NCBI GenBank assembly: GCA_035499615.1 | Contig: DATJYM010000341.1 | Location: forward strand, 1-61,472 | Source of the DNA: Candidatus Acidiferrales bacterium | GTDB taxonomy: Bacteria; Verrucomicrobiota; Verrucomicrobiia; Limisphaerales; UBA11358 | Direction of reading: 5' to 3' | DNA: 61,472 nt | Program-made: the position numbers and the translations under genes | Notes under the pieces: generated by a model | Told to the model about the DNA's origin: nothing | Database searches by the model: none | What the model saw: the letters and a program-made list of their open reading frames with translations, nothing else | Shown: one piece after another, positions 46,005 through 57,003 of the stretch | Layout of the letters: the number at the start of each line of letters is the position of its first letter | Numbering within the stretch: the first letter of the stretch is position 1

Positions 46005-47029
46005 CTCAAACCCATCGCACTACGGCCGCGCTATTGCTGGCAACATTCGCCTTGAGCGGCTGCAGCCGCCAGAACGTGAACACTTCCATTGAGGCCCTGC
46101 CGGCCGTCACCGTGCACGCCCGCGTGGTCGAGAGCAAAAGCCGCGTGGCTACGGAGGAGGTCGTGGGCACGGTGCGCGCCAAACTGCACTCCGTAATCGA
46201 AGCCAAGGTCAGTGGCAAGATCGAGCAGATGCTGGTCGCGCCCGGCCAGGAGGTGGGGGCCGGCGAGTCGTTGGTCCAACTCGATGCGCGTGAGATCCAG
46301 GCGCAACTGGATCAGGCCACCGCCGTTCGCCAGCAGGCCGAGAGCGATTTGAAACGTGCCACGGATCTGATGCAGCAAAAAATTCTTTCACCATCCGAAT
46401 ACGACAGTGCCCAATCAAAATTCCGCGTGGCCGATGCGGCGGCAACGGAAGCAAGAACCCTGCTCGGTTACACCCGGGTCGCCGCGCCATTTGCCGGGGT
46501 CATCACCCGCAAATATGCCGACGTGGGTGATCTGGCTGCTCCGGGCAAGCCGTTGCTGGAAATGGAGGATGCCCGTGATTTGCAGCTTGAAACCGACGTG
46601 CCGGAAGCAGTCATCGGCCGACTCGCGCTGGGCGACAAACTGGGCGTGCGCGTGTCCGGCACCAGTAACGAACTGACCGGCATCGTCAGTGAAATTGCCC
46701 CGTCCGCTGATCCCAACAGCCGCACGTTTCTGGTCAAGCTGAACTTGCCGGCGACGCCCGGTCTGCGCGCTGGCCAATTCGGCCGGGTAGCCGTGCCGGT
46801 GGGCGAAACCTCGGCGCTGCGTGTGCCCGCCACCGCCGTGTTGCAGCGTGGGGAGATGGAACTGGTCTTCGTCGTGGCCAACGGCCACGCACAATTGCGC
46901 ATCGTTAAAACCGGCAAACACGTCGGCAACGAGGTTGAATTGGTTTCCGGCGTGGACGCGGGCGAACAAGTGGTCGCCGAAGGCGTATCGAACCTGCTGG
47001 ATGGACAACCTGTCACGCTCCAGCCGTGA
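46001..47029 (+). CDS. RND efflux periplasmic adaptor (membrane fusion protein, HlyD-like) lipoprotein
   Basis: The ATG at 46001 forms an ATGA overlap with the DUF2892 stop. The lipobox is [11 protein letters not shown], followed by a coiled-coil hairpin and [13 protein letters not shown]. Confidence 0.85.
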   Translation: MTQTHRTTAALLLATFALSGCSRQNVNTSIEALPAVTVHARVVESKSRVATEEVVGTVRAKLHSVIEAKVSGKIEQMLVAPGQEVGAGESLVQLDAREIQAQLDQATAVRQQAESDLKRATDLMQQKILSPSEYDSAQSKFRVADAAATEARTLLGYTRVAAPFAGVITRKYADVGDLAAPGKPLLEMEDARDLQLETDVPEAVIGRLALGDKLGVRVSGTSNELTGIVSEIAPSADPNSRTFLVKLNLPATPGLRAGQFGRVAVPVGETSALRVPATAVLQRGEMELVFVVANGHAQLRIVKTGKHVGNEVELVSGVDAGEQVVAEGVSNLLDGQPVTLQP

Positions 47030-50000
47030 AAACCGGAGCTGACCCTACTTCCGCGCAATCCCTAGGTGTGGCCGGCCGCATTGCGCGGGCGTTCATCGAT
47101 TCCAAACTGACACCGCTGATCATTATCGCCTCGGTGCTGCTGGGGGTATTCGCGGTGTTGATGTTGCCGCGCGAGGAAGAGCCACAAATCAAGGTACCCA
47201 TGGTGGACGTGCTCGTCACCATGCCAGGCGCCGGCGCCAAAGAGGTCGAGGAACGCGTCACCCGGCCCATGGAAAAGTTGCTCTGGGAAATCCCCGGCGT
47301 CGAATACATCTATTCCACTTCCAGCGAAGGCCAGTCGCTGGTGATCGTACGGTTCAAAGTAGGTGAGGACATGCAACTCAGCCTTGTGAAACTGAACCAG
47401 AAGCTGCAATCGAACTACGATAAAATCCCGCATGGAGTCTCGCAACCGCTCATCAAGGCGTGGTCCATTGACGACGTGCCGATTCTGGCACTGACTTTTC
47501 ACAGTGCGCGTTACGATCACCTGACACTGCGCCGGCTCGTGGCGCAGGTGGACGATGCGGTGAAACAAGTTCCGCAGGTGGCCGGTACCACCCTCATTGG
47601 CGGCAGCCGGCGCGAGGTGCGCGTGTTGTTGGACCCGGCCAAACTGGCCTCGCGCAATCTCAGTCCGGTCGGTTTGATTCCCATGCTGCAGCAGGCCAAT
47701 CGCCAGTATATCGCCGGCGGCCTGACCAGCAATAACAAGGAAGTCGTCGTGGAAACTGGTGGATTTCTGACGGATGCCGGGGAGGTTGGCAACGTGGTCG
47801 TTGGTGTGTTCGGCGGCAAGCCGGTTTATCTCCGCGACGTGGCCGTCATCGAGGACGGCGCGGAAGAACCAGGCCAATACGTTCTGTTCGGGGAGGGTAC
47901 CGCCGCGAATATGAATGCGCGAGGCGGGTCAGACCGCATGACGACCAACCCGGCGGTGGCGTCCGCAGAACAGCCAGCCGTCACGCTGGCCATTGCCAAA
48001 CGGCCGGGCGCCAACGCCATTCGCGTCGCCAACGAAGTGCTCAAAAAAATCGACACGCTCAAGGGTCGTATCATTCCCGCGGATGTGCGCGTATCCGTCA
48101 CGCGGAATTACGGTGTGACCGCAGCCGAAAAATCCAACGAATTGCTCTGGCACATGCTTATCGCCGTCGTGGGCGTCTCCTTGCTGATCCTGATCGCGTT
48201 GGGCTGGCGCGAGTCGATCATTGTCGCCATCGCGATTCCGTCCACGCTCGCGCTCACCTTGCTGGTATTTTACCTGTATGGGTTCACGTTGAATCGCATC
48301 ACCCTTTTCGCGCTTATCTTCAGCATTGGCATTCTGGTGGACGATGCGGTGGTTGTGGTCGAAAACATCGTCCGCCATTTCCATCTGCGGGGCAACCGGG
48401 GCCGAAAATGGAGTGCCATCGCCGTGGACGCCATCAATGAGGTCGGCAACCCCACCATTCTTGCCACCTTCGCCGTAATCGCCGCCGTGCTACCGATGGC
48501 ATTTGTCGGCGGTTTGATGGGGCCGTACATGCGGCCTATTCCCATCGGTTCCAGTGCGGCCATGTTTTTCTCACTGGCGATAGCGTTCATCGTGACGCCG
48601 TGGGCCAGTATCCGGGTCTTGCGCTGGGGTCGAAAATACTCCTGTCTCACCGAAGGCGCCGCTTGTGTGACCGAAGGTGGAAACGTCCCGTTGCCCTCCG
48701 TGCCGGCCGAGAATTTATTCGCGCGGATTTATTGCCGCCTGATGGTTCCGTTGGTCACCCGCCGGCGTTGGTGCTACGTATTTCTCACCGGCCTGGTGGT
48801 GCTCCTGCTGGCCTCCATGGTGCTCGTCGGGATTGGTTTCGTGAAGGTAAAAATGCTGCCGTTTGATAATAAGAGTGAATTCCAAATCATCCTCAACATG
48901 CCCGAGGGCAGTTCGCTGGAAAGGACTACCGAAGCGGCGCGCGACATCGCTGCCGCCATTCGCACGGAACCGGAGGTGACGGATTATCAGATTTATGCCG
49001 GGGTTGCTTCACCGTTCAACTTCAACGGCCTCGTGCGCCATTACTTCATGCGCCGTGGCGCGAATGTCGCTGATATTCAAGTGAATCTGCTGCCCAAGGG
49101 CGAACGTCTGGCGCCCAGCCACGACATTGCCAGGCGCGTACGCCCGCGCGTCGCCGCCATTGCCGCCAGATTTGGCGCGCGGGTCGCCGTGGCCGAAGTG
49201 CCGCCCGGCCCGCCGGTGTTGCAGACGCTGGTGGCCGAAATTTACGGTCCCGACGAACCGAGCCGCCTCGCGCTGGCACGGAAGGTCATCGATATTTTTC
49301 ACAGCACTCCTGGCGTAGTGGACACGGACTGGTATATCGAAGCCGACCAACCGAAGGTGCGTTTTGTCATCGACAAGGAAAAGGCCGCGCTGCATGGCAT
49401 CAGCGCCGAGACGATTTCCGAAACGCTGCGGGTGGCCGTCGGCGGTGAATCAGTGGATTTGCTACATGTGCCGCGGGAAAAGGAGGACGTAAACATCGTT
49501 TTCCAGTTGCCGCTGGCCAGCCGGAGCAGCCCCGACGAATTGCTGGCGTTGCGAGTGCGTTCCGGCGACGCCAACGCCTTGCCGGAACCGGGCTCGGCGA
49601 ATACCGCGTCGCCGCTCGTGCCGTTGCGCGAACTGGTGACCGTCGAACACACCATAACGGACAAAAGCCTTTATCACAAAAACCTCATGCCGGTGACCTA
49701 CGTCATCGGCGACGTGGCGGGTTCAATTGAGAGCCCGGTTTACGCGATTTTGAAAATGAATGGTCCACTGCGGCAACTCGACACGCGCCCGTTCGGCGGC
49801 AACGGTTCGCCATTGAAAATCTACAATTCCGTTCAGCCGTTCACCGACAACGCGCCTGCCATCAAATGGGACGGTGAATGGCACATCACAATTGAGGTGT
49901 TCCGCGACCTCGGCCTGGCGTTCGCAGCGGTGTTGGTGCTGATTTACATTTTGATGGTCGGCTGGTTCCGCTCTTTCCTCACGCCGCTGATCGTCATGGT

Positions 50001-50385
50001 GGTGATTCCCTTCTCACTGGTGGGTATTCTGCCGGCGCACGGCGTGTTGCACGCCTTCTTTACGGCGACTTCGATGATCGGGTTCATGGCCGGCGCCGGT
50101 ATTGTAGTACGCAATTCCATCATCCTCGTGGACTTCATCGAAATGCGGCTGGCTGAAGGCCGGCCATTGAAGGAGGCTGTCGTCGAGGCAGGTATGATCC
50201 GGTTCCGTCCCATCCTGCTGACGGCGTTGGCGGTGGTCGTGGGCGCAACGGTGATTTTGTTTGACCCGATTTTCCAGGGACTGGCGATTTCATTGATGGC
50301 CGGCAGCCTGGTTTCAATGGTCATTGCACCGGTGGCCGTGCCATTGCTTTACTTCATAGCATACGAACGCAAGGGGAAACCATGA
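47026..50385 (+). CDS. RND-superfamily efflux transporter permease
   Basis: 1119 aa. The GTG start overlaps the MFP stop (GTGA). It has the typical 12-TM plus two large periplasmic loops layout, with [17 protein letters not shown] and [13 protein letters not shown] motifs. Confidence 0.9.
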   Translation: MKTGADPTSAQSLGVAGRIARAFIDSKLTPLIIIASVLLGVFAVLMLPREEEPQIKVPMVDVLVTMPGAGAKEVEERVTRPMEKLLWEIPGVEYIYSTSSEGQSLVIVRFKVGEDMQLSLVKLNQKLQSNYDKIPHGVSQPLIKAWSIDDVPILALTFHSARYDHLTLRRLVAQVDDAVKQVPQVAGTTLIGGSRREVRVLLDPAKLASRNLSPVGLIPMLQQANRQYIAGGLTSNNKEVVVETGGFLTDAGEVGNVVVGVFGGKPVYLRDVAVIEDGAEEPGQYVLFGEGTAANMNARGGSDRMTTNPAVASAEQPAVTLAIAKRPGANAIRVANEVLKKIDTLKGRIIPADVRVSVTRNYGVTAAEKSNELLWHMLIAVVGVSLLILIALGWRESIIVAIAIPSTLALTLLVFYLYGFTLNRITLFALIFSIGILVDDAVVVVENIVRHFHLRGNRGRKWSAIAVDAINEVGNPTILATFAVIAAVLPMAFVGGLMGPYMRPIPIGSSAAMFFSLAIAFIVTPWASIRVLRWGRKYSCLTEGAACVTEGGNVPLPSVPAENLFARIYCRLMVPLVTRRRWCYVFLTGLVVLLLASMVLVGIGFVKVKMLPFDNKSEFQIILNMPEGSSLERTTEAARDIAAAIRTEPEVTDYQIYAGVASPFNFNGLVRHYFMRRGANVADIQVNLLPKGERLAPSHDIARRVRPRVAAIAARFGARVAVAEVPPGPPVLQTLVAEIYGPDEPSRLALARKVIDIFHSTPGVVDTDWYIEADQPKVRFVIDKEKAALHGISAETISETLRVAVGGESVDLLHVPREKEDVNIVFQLPLASRSSPDELLALRVRSGDANALPEPGSANTASPLVPLRELVTVEHTITDKSLYHKNLMPVTYVIGDVAGSIESPVYAILKMNGPLRQLDTRPFGGNGSPLKIYNSVQPFTDNAPAIKWDGEWHITIEVFRDLGLAFAAVLVLIYILMVGWFRSFLTPLIVMVVIPFSLVGILPAHGVLHAFFTATSMIGFMAGAGIVVRNSIILVDFIEMRLAEGRPLKEAVVEAGMIRFRPILLTALAVVVGATVILFDPIFQGLAISLMAGSLVSMVIAPVAVPLLYFIAYERKGKP

Positions 50386-50396
50386 CGGACCGCAAA

Positions 50397-50453
50397 CTGG
50401 AGTGCGCGGACACGTCCGCGTTTTTGTTCGACGCGACATGTCGCCGCACTCCA
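50397..50453. terminator. Compound inverted repeat between the convergent RND and trpE genes; the inner hairpin plus T-run is a Rho-independent terminator for the RND operon
   Basis: The outer stem is TGGAGTGCG (50397-405) / CGCACTCCA (50445-453). Inner hairpin 1 is CGCGGAC-AC-GTCCGCG (50405-420), followed by TTTTTGTT (50421-428). Inner hairpin 2 is GCGACATGTCGC (50432-443). Confidence 0.55.
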
Positions 50454-50494
50454 AATCAGGACGTCAATTCCGATTGTATTTTCCGAAGTTCAGA

Positions 50495-51997
50495 TCAGCT
50501 CTTTGCAAATCCTTCCGCCATGGCGACGGCTTTGCGCATGGCCATGGATTTGTTGACGGTTTCCTGGAACTCGCCCTCGGGCGTGGAATCGTTAACCCAC
50601 CCGCCGCCGGCCTGAATGTAGGCCTTGCCATCCTTGATGAGCGCGGTTCGGAGCGTGATGCAGGTGTCGAGGTTGCCGTTGAATGAAAAATAACCGACGC
50701 AGCCGGCATACGGTCCGCGTGCGGTCTGTTCCAGTTCGGCGATGATCTGCATGGCGCGGATCTTTGGCGCCCCGCTAACGGTGCCCGCCGGGAAGGTGGC
50801 GCGCATCAAGTCGTAAAGCGTTTTGTCCGCCGAGAGTTTGCCTTCCACCTGGGTCACGATGTGCATGACGTGGCTGTAACGTTCGATCACCATCAACTCC
50901 TTCACCTGCACGCTGCCGAAATCACAGACGCGCCCGATGTCATTGCGCGCGAGGTCCACCAGCATGACGTGTTCGGCGCGTTCCTTCGGGTCGGCGAGAA
51001 GTTCCTTTTCCAACGCCTCATCTTCCTGGTCACTTCTGCCGCGGCGGCGCGTGCCGGCGATCGGCCGGATTTCAACCTTGCCGTCTTCGCAACGCACGTG
51101 AATTTCCGGCGACGCGCCCACCAGGGAAAAGCCATTTAACTCCAGCAAAAACATGTATGGTGACGGATTGACGGAGCGCACCGCGCGGTAGATGTCCAAC
51201 GGCGATGCCTTGACCGGTGCCGAAAACCGCTGTGAACCGACGACCTGAATGATGTCGCCGGCGGTGATGTATTCCTTCGATTTGAGGACATTCGCGGAAA
51301 ATGTTTCCTTCGTCTGATTGGATTCAAACGGAATCACCGGGACATCGTCCGGCACGGTAACCGGATGGTGCTCGCTCGGGTGTTCGAGTAGGGAGATGAT
51401 TCGTTCGATCTCACTCGTCGCGTTCTCGTAGGCCTCAGCCGGGCTGGCCGCGTCGTCCAGAATCGCGTTGACCAGAATCGTGATGGTCTGGGCCACGCGG
51501 TCGAAAATCAGCAACTGATCGGCGATGAGGAAAACCATCGTGGGCGTGGCGAGTTCGTCCCGGGGCGGACGCGGTACGACCGGCTCGACGTCGTGAATGA
51601 ATTCGTAGCCGATGTAACCGACCGCGCCGCCCGTGAAGCGCGGTAAACCGGACAACGTCACCGGCCGATATTTTTTCATCATGCGCTCAACGACAACCAA
51701 TCCGTCCGGTACGTCCTTACCAACCGAAGCCGTTTCAATGACCTTGCTATTTTCGACGACCTGGATGCGGTCACCGGTTTGCTGGACGACGGCGCGCGGA
51801 TTGCAACCCACGAACGAAAAACGGCCCAAATGTTCGCCACCTTCGACGGACTCGAACAGGAAGGATTCGCCCTGCCCGCGGATTTTCCGGTAGGCCGACA
51901 GAGGTGTTTCGATATCAGCCAACAAGCGACGGGTGACCGGAATCAGGTTTCCCCGTCCGGCCAGTTTCAAGAATTCTTCAAGCGTTGGCGAGTACAT
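50495..51997 (-). CDS. trpE: Anthranilate synthase component I
   Basis: The tracked ORF runs to 52483, but the Arg/Gly-rich extension overlaps the upstream gene. The ATG at 51997 gives [21 protein letters not shown]...LFESVEGG. The C-terminus has [19 protein letters not shown] and GGWVNDS chorismate-binding motifs. Confidence 0.9.
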   Translation of the reverse strand: MYSPTLEEFLKLAGRGNLIPVTRRLLADIETPLSAYRKIRGQGESFLFESVEGGEHLGRFSFVGCNPRAVVQQTGDRIQVVENSKVIETASVGKDVPDGLVVVERMMKKYRPVTLSGLPRFTGGAVGYIGYEFIHDVEPVVPRPPRDELATPTMVFLIADQLLIFDRVAQTITILVNAILDDAASPAEAYENATSEIERIISLLEHPSEHHPVTVPDDVPVIPFESNQTKETFSANVLKSKEYITAGDIIQVVGSQRFSAPVKASPLDIYRAVRSVNPSPYMFLLELNGFSLVGASPEIHVRCEDGKVEIRPIAGTRRRGRSDQEDEALEKELLADPKERAEHVMLVDLARNDIGRVCDFGSVQVKELMVIERYSHVMHIVTQVEGKLSADKTLYDLMRATFPAGTVSGAPKIRAMQIIAELEQTARGPYAGCVGYFSFNGNLDTCITLRTALIKDGKAYIQAGGGWVNDSTPEGEFQETVNKSMAMRKAVAMAEGFAKS

Positions 51998-52008
51998 GCG
52001 CCAACAGC

Positions 52009-52641
52009 TTAAACGATATGGTCGGGCGGGCGCGAGTACGTTTCGACCACGAACGTTCCGGCGGGGGGTTGCTGATGGGGAAGAGCTTGCAGCCGGCGCG
52101 TTTCCCGTTTGGTAGCCTGATGGATGCGCCAGATTGCCAGCAGGGAGTAAAAGGCCACGGCAATGGCATAGGCTACCATGCCCATTCCGATCGCAAACGG
52201 CACCTGCAATGGGCGGCTGAAACAAATCAACGCCCCGCCGACTACCGCCGTCAGGAGGGTATTGCCGGCGAGGCAAAACAGATGAAGAGTGACGCGCGTC
52301 TCCCGGACGCGCTGCACATGCCATTCCCGGTAGACGTCCTCGCCCAGCGAACGCATGAGCCAGGCGGACTGAAAATTGCGCGCCGCCACCAGCACGCTGG
52401 CGGTGGTAACAACAATGGCCGACAACGGCCACATGGCCAGGACGATGATCAGCACCGCGTTTAACAGCAGCCCCCATTTCCAACCAAGTTTCTTGGCAAT
52501 GGGATTGCCTTCCAGCGTGAGATTGGGCGTGGCAATCCAGGTGCTCAGAAAATCCATGCCCCGCCCGAACAGCAAAAGCCCGAGCATCAAGAGATACCCG
52601 CGGCTGTCAAATGATACCGTGAATGGAACCGTGATGTCCAT
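52009..52641 (-). CDS. Polytopic membrane protein of unknown function (DUF5658-like N-terminal segment)
   Basis: 210 aa with about 6 hydrophobic segments and GMDFLSTWIATPNLTLEGNPIAKKLGW. Its start overlaps the hisI stop by 1 nt (TAATG). Confidence 0.55.
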   Translation of the reverse strand: MDITVPFTVSFDSRGYLLMLGLLLFGRGMDFLSTWIATPNLTLEGNPIAKKLGWKWGLLLNAVLIIVLAMWPLSAIVVTTASVLVAARNFQSAWLMRSLGEDVYREWHVQRVRETRVTLHLFCLAGNTLLTAVVGGALICFSRPLQVPFAIGMGMVAYAIAVAFYSLLAIWRIHQATKRETRRLQALPHQQPPAGTFVVETYSRPPDHIV

Positions 52642-53030
52642 TATTTCCTTCCGTAAATTTGTTCCGGCGTTTCGAGCTGGGCTTCCGTTATTCTAACTGA
52701 TTTTCCGTTTTTTTCCACCGAACGATAAAAGCAGGATTGGTAACCTTCATGGCACGCGGCGCCGGTCTGCTCGACCTGGACGAGCAGTACGTCACCGTCG
52801 CAATCGATCGCAATATCCTTGACGCTCTGTACATGGCCGCTGGTTTCACCTTTCATCCAGAATTTTTGACGGGAACGGCTCCAGAAATGGGTTTTTCCGG
52901 TTTCCACGGTCTTTTCCAGAGACGCCCGGTTCATCCAGGCCATCATCAGGACACGCCCGGTCCGCTGTTCCTGAATGATGGCGGGAATCAGACCGTTGGC
53001 GTCGAACTTCAATTTGTCGTAAAAACTCAT
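52641..53030 (-). CDS. hisI: Phosphoribosyl-AMP cyclohydrolase (monofunctional)
   Basis: I use the ATG at 53030; the tracked TTG is at 53054. The diagnostic sequence is [53 protein letters not shown]...[19 protein letters not shown]. Confidence 0.9.
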   Translation of the reverse strand: MSFYDKLKFDANGLIPAIIQEQRTGRVLMMAWMNRASLEKTVETGKTHFWSRSRQKFWMKGETSGHVQSVKDIAIDCDGDVLLVQVEQTGAACHEGYQSCFYRSVEKNGKSVRITEAQLETPEQIYGRK

Positions 53031-53091
53031 GATTTGCGCAAGGGCGTCGCCCAATTTAGCAGAATTTTCGAATCATACCAGCCCTGAAAAA

Positions 53092-54069
53092 TCAAGGAAC
53101 ATGGTAGGACAGATTGGTAATGGCGTTCTGGTTGGTGGCATCGGCCTCCCGCTGGGTAATGGCGTGGGCGAGGATCTGTTTGAGGCTGGAATAAAACGAA
53201 TTGGTCACGATGCTGAGTTGCTGGCGGGCTTCGGTATAATGGCCGGCCAACATCTGGATTCGGGCCAGATGAATGTAAACGCCCTCGCGTTCAACGTCGT
53301 TGTGGGCGACCTGCAATGCGTTGGTCCAGGCCACCAAAGCGTCGTTCGTGCGGAGCGGACGGATGCCGTAGTAACTCTCGGCGTATTCGGTCACCAATGG
53401 GAAATTGTCCGGATCAAGTTGCACGGCCTTGCGGTAGAGCGCGAGCGACTTGTCGAACACCTGCTGTTCGTCAATGTGGTAAAAGGCTTTTGCATCCGTC
53501 CGGTAGAGATAGACCATTACGGCAAGGTTCTGATAATAGACCGATTCGGAAGGGTCCAGCTCGATCGCCTTGGCATAGTAAATTAGAGCGTTGGTGATGG
53601 GGCCGTTTTCGCCGTAAAAGTTGGCCAGATTGTTCCAGGCGGCCGGATCTTTGGGATCGAGTTGCCGGGCCTTTTCGTTCTCGTCTTTCGCCGCTTCCTC
53701 GTCGCCGATGTTATTTAGAAAACTGGCATAGGCCAGATGCCCACGGGTGGAATTGGGGTAACGGCGCAGGAATTCCTCGTATTTTTTTCGGACGACATCC
53801 AAACGGGCCAGGATGCGCCGGTTGAGTTCCGTCTTTGATTCACCTGCTCCCTGGGCGGCAAAGGCATTATTCTCTTGAATCCATTTATCGATTTCCGCCA
53901 TGGCCGCGTCGTCTTCGGTCATCAATTGGTCCAATTCCTTTTCCGCCGGGTCGTTCGGATTCGGAATATTCACCGAGACACCGGCGTTTTGTTGGATCAA
54001 ATTGCTGACCGCCTGCGGCTGATTGGTGGCCAGTAACGCGCTCACCAGGCCAATGAGGAGATCATTCAT
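53092..54069 (-). CDS. Secreted tetratricopeptide-repeat protein
   Basis: 325 aa with a hydrophobic N-terminus and repeated A-x3-Y/F-x-x-A-x3-P TPR units (for example YYAKAIELDPSESVYYQNLAV). Confidence 0.75.
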   Translation of the reverse strand: MNDLLIGLVSALLATNQPQAVSNLIQQNAGVSVNIPNPNDPAEKELDQLMTEDDAAMAEIDKWIQENNAFAAQGAGESKTELNRRILARLDVVRKKYEEFLRRYPNSTRGHLAYASFLNNIGDEEAAKDENEKARQLDPKDPAAWNNLANFYGENGPITNALIYYAKAIELDPSESVYYQNLAVMVYLYRTDAKAFYHIDEQQVFDKSLALYRKAVQLDPDNFPLVTEYAESYYGIRPLRTNDALVAWTNALQVAHNDVEREGVYIHLARIQMLAGHYTEARQQLSIVTNSFYSSLKQILAHAITQREADATNQNAITNLSYHVP

Positions 54070-54140
54070 TGCCTGAGAATAAACCCGAAGGAACTTCGAG
54101 TCGAGGTCGAAGGCGGCGGGGGACAGCGCCGTTGCGCTTT

Positions 54141-55961
54141 TTACTGCGTGGCCACGCGATAAAATCGATTGGTGAATTGATTGGCGTTGAGGTCCTCAAA
54201 ATCATAATCGCCGACACCGCCTTCCTGGACCGGCGCTCCGATGGTGGTCCAGTTTGTAAGGTCGGTGGAAGCCTGGATCAGATAGCTGCGGGTCGGGTCT
54301 CCAGAAAATTCCAGGATGGGAATCTGATTCCCGTTATTGACGGTGAGGTCGGCGACCGGTTCGGAGGGATGGACATAAAGATCGGGAATCTGGTAGGCGC
54401 GATAGCAAATATAGCCGCCATAACCAGCGCTGGTGTTGGTATGATCAAAAAATGAAACGTCATATACCGCCTGTGGCACCGGATCGTGAGTATATTCCAT
54501 AATCCGAACCATGGAGGCATTGGCTGCATGAGAGCTGGGATGAGCGCCATTGACATACGAGACGGCGCCGTAATCAACCAATACATTGCGGGTCTGGGGA
54601 AGCCACTGCACTCTTCCGACGTAGGGGGTAAAGAGCCGGTCTTGATTCGTTTGCCAGGCCGAACTCCACACCTCGGAGACCTCCATGTTGGTTTCGTTGA
54701 TATTATATTCAATGGCGCTGCTGTAATTGCTCTGATCGGGAATCTGCGCGCTGAAGGGACTGGCCGCGAAATTGTTGTCGTTGTAAAGTATCAACGTGCC
54801 TTCGGGCGTGAGTTCCGGCGCATGTTGTCCATAATTCCAGTCGAATGGCGTGCCGACCGGAGTGAGCAGGTAAGGTTGCCAGTTGGTCGCCCAAAGCGCC
54901 GGCGGTCCCAGAATCCAATCCAACTGCCCCGTCGAGCGGGAGAATTTGAGGAGCGCATTCTGGGTGCGCAGAGAGACAATGATGGAATTATCATTGGTAT
55001 CATCAATGATCGCGTTGGCATGTTCGTTATCCACCCCGTCCGGAGAACCCGTGCCCTCGCTCACTGCGTAGGTAAGGTAGGTTACGCGCGTAGGATCCAT
55101 CAAGTTCAACGGCGACCACGCGTTGAGGAGCGCGCCGTTGGTGTATGAAATCTCGACGACCGGGTCGTCATCCACGTTGGTGGTTATCAGCGGAGGATTG
55201 GGAATCAGGTCGCTGGTTGGTAAATTGGTCACCGCCCGCTGGACATCGCTGAGATACAGGATCGTTCCATGATCGGTTACCAGGCCCTCGTGAATATTCA
55301 CGACCGGGTATTCCGCGGGCGGCGACCAGGTCCTGACCGTTTCGCCCAGCATATTGATCTCCACGAAGTTGTTCGATGGACTTTGCTGTTGCATAAACAA
55401 ATCGCCGTCGTCCAATTGTCGCACGTCGTCATCTACGGAAGTTATGACCGGGTGATACCAAACTACATTCCCGGAACTATCCATGATAACAATGTAACTT
55501 GTATTGGGAGCGGATCGGTGCTCAACCATGCATAATATGTAGCCCGGCTCCATTTCGCCGGGTTCATTGGTCAAGACGGTGTAGCCTGGGAAGTCAGCCG
55601 GCAGCGGCGCGGTGACGAAAGTCAACAACTGTGCGGCGGTTGAGGAGTTCCGCTCTTTGTCATACACGGTGACCAGAATCTGGTTCGTCTGATCCGGCTT
55701 GAATCCCAGCAGCGGTACCGAATGATTTGTCGTGTAATCGAAGAAATCCTTTTCCCAGAGACCGGTGCCGTCGCTGACCAGGACGCTGATTCTTGAATCT
55801 ACGTCGGTAGTCAACTCCAGAAGCCCGGCCAGCGGAGCATTGGTTGAATGGGAAAAAGAAGGTCCTGACAGGATGGTTATTGCATGGGACCATTGCGGGA
55901 TTGTCAGGATTACTGCGATCAGCCAGGTCACAACGACCCGGCACGCCGTTTTCTGAATCAT
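54141..55961 (-). CDS. Arylsulfotransferase (ASST)-like beta-propeller protein with an extra C-terminal beta-sandwich tail
   Basis: 606 aa with a signal-like N-terminus. The N-terminal domain pattern is VPLLGFKPDQTNQILVTVYD. The propeller motif EHANAIIDDTNDNSIIVSLRTQNALLKFSRSTGQLDWILG is typical of ASST-family proteins. I recalled the family from memory and did not search it. Confidence 0.55.
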   Translation of the reverse strand: MIQKTACRVVVTWLIAVILTIPQWSHAITILSGPSFSHSTNAPLAGLLELTTDVDSRISVLVSDGTGLWEKDFFDYTTNHSVPLLGFKPDQTNQILVTVYDKERNSSTAAQLLTFVTAPLPADFPGYTVLTNEPGEMEPGYILCMVEHRSAPNTSYIVIMDSSGNVVWYHPVITSVDDDVRQLDDGDLFMQQQSPSNNFVEINMLGETVRTWSPPAEYPVVNIHEGLVTDHGTILYLSDVQRAVTNLPTSDLIPNPPLITTNVDDDPVVEISYTNGALLNAWSPLNLMDPTRVTYLTYAVSEGTGSPDGVDNEHANAIIDDTNDNSIIVSLRTQNALLKFSRSTGQLDWILGPPALWATNWQPYLLTPVGTPFDWNYGQHAPELTPEGTLILYNDNNFAASPFSAQIPDQSNYSSAIEYNINETNMEVSEVWSSAWQTNQDRLFTPYVGRVQWLPQTRNVLVDYGAVSYVNGAHPSSHAANASMVRIMEYTHDPVPQAVYDVSFFDHTNTSAGYGGYICYRAYQIPDLYVHPSEPVADLTVNNGNQIPILEFSGDPTRSYLIQASTDLTNWTTIGAPVQEGGVGDYDFEDLNANQFTNRFYRVATQ

Positions 55962-56464
55962 AAATTCTAATTAATTCTTCGGTTCTGATTACATTCAATG
56001 AGTTTAACCCATTATACTTCATGCTCGTAGACGCTACCCCAAAGGGAAGGTTTCATGAAAAGTGTGTGTTTTTTGCTTTAAGCGGTTAAACCCGTTCAAC
56101 CAGTGATCCGGCCTGTCCGGCAGCCCAGATCCGCCAGGAAATATAGAATCCCGTTAGGTGAATCTATTGAGCCATGGTTTTGTTCGAGACTTTCCGATGA
56201 TCGGTCTTGGGATCGCGCCTAAAGCTGTCAGGCGGCTGGCGGCTCCTCGTCGTGGTTGGCTGCGAAAAATTGAAGACTTTAATTGGAACTTCTCCGCTGC
56301 CGTGCTGTCAATCGAGCTGGACTGATCGGCAATGGTTGGTGTCGAGGCAACCCTTCTACGCTTATGGGCCAGACTTCGAAAATAATCATCCCCCTCGCGG
56401 TGTCTTTCTCTTACCGCGTTCGTGGTTCAACCTCTTGTTTCTGTCCTCTGGTGAGTGGCCCGAC

Positions 56465-56758
56465 TCAAGCGACCTGCCGCATCATGTCTTCACTGCCAAA
56501 GGGATTTGGCGCGCGGAGAATGCATTCGGGGTCATCGCGCCACTGGCCGTCCACGAGGAAACGATAATGATGCGTGCCCGGTGACAATTCCACCGTTGTT
56601 CGCCACACGCCGTCAGAACCTTTCTGCAAGTTGATGGGGCGTTCCTGCCATCGGGTGAAATCGCCCACCAATTGAACACTCAACGCCGCCGGGGCGGCGA
56701 AGGCGAAGGTTTGTTGTCGGCCATTACTGCCATTTTTTGGGTACGTTTTCTTTGCCAT
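56465..56758 (-). CDS. Stand-alone CBM48 / AMPK-beta-like glycogen-binding domain protein
   Basis: The ATG at 56758 gives 97 aa: FAFAAPAALSVQLVGDFTRWQERPINLQKGSDGVWRTTVELSPGTHHYRFLVDGQWRDDP. Confidence 0.7.
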   Translation of the reverse strand: MAKKTYPKNGSNGRQQTFAFAAPAALSVQLVGDFTRWQERPINLQKGSDGVWRTTVELSPGTHHYRFLVDGQWRDDPECILRAPNPFGSEDMMRQVA

Positions 56759-57003
56759 ATGATTCCTTTCTGTACGCCCAACGCCACGGTGTCTGAGTTT
56801 TGCGCCGCAAAATCTTCGCCCGTCGCACAACTCCCTTCCGAAACGATGACACGGAGTGAACTCAACCGTTTTGCGGGTGTTTTGCCCACTCCGTGCCGCT
56901 GCGACGGAAAGTCCGCCGCGAAAAATTTTCCCCTCTCACAAAATCAGCACCGCCAGCCACAGCCTAAACCTATGGCGGCTTCAAAGCAAACGGGAAGACG
57001 AAA

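Noticed and set aside
51998-52483. N-terminal 162-aa extension of the trpE ORF
   Set aside because: The extension is Arg/Gly/Ala-rich and overlaps the upstream membrane-protein gene. TrpE homology begins at the ATG at 51997.
56186-56418. Minus-strand strings reminiscent of RNase P RNA (GGAAAGTC and GCGGTAAGAG...CACCGCG)
   Set aside because: Their order is the reverse of that in bacterial RNase P RNA, where GGAAAGUCC precedes the GGUAAGAG region. The ACAGAAxCCGGCUUA-type P4 3' strand is absent, so this is probably chance similarity.
56207-56584. 125-aa plus-strand ORF in the long intergenic region
   Set aside because: Its 3' part overlaps the CBM48 gene on the opposite strand. It has no RBS or family signal and an odd composition.
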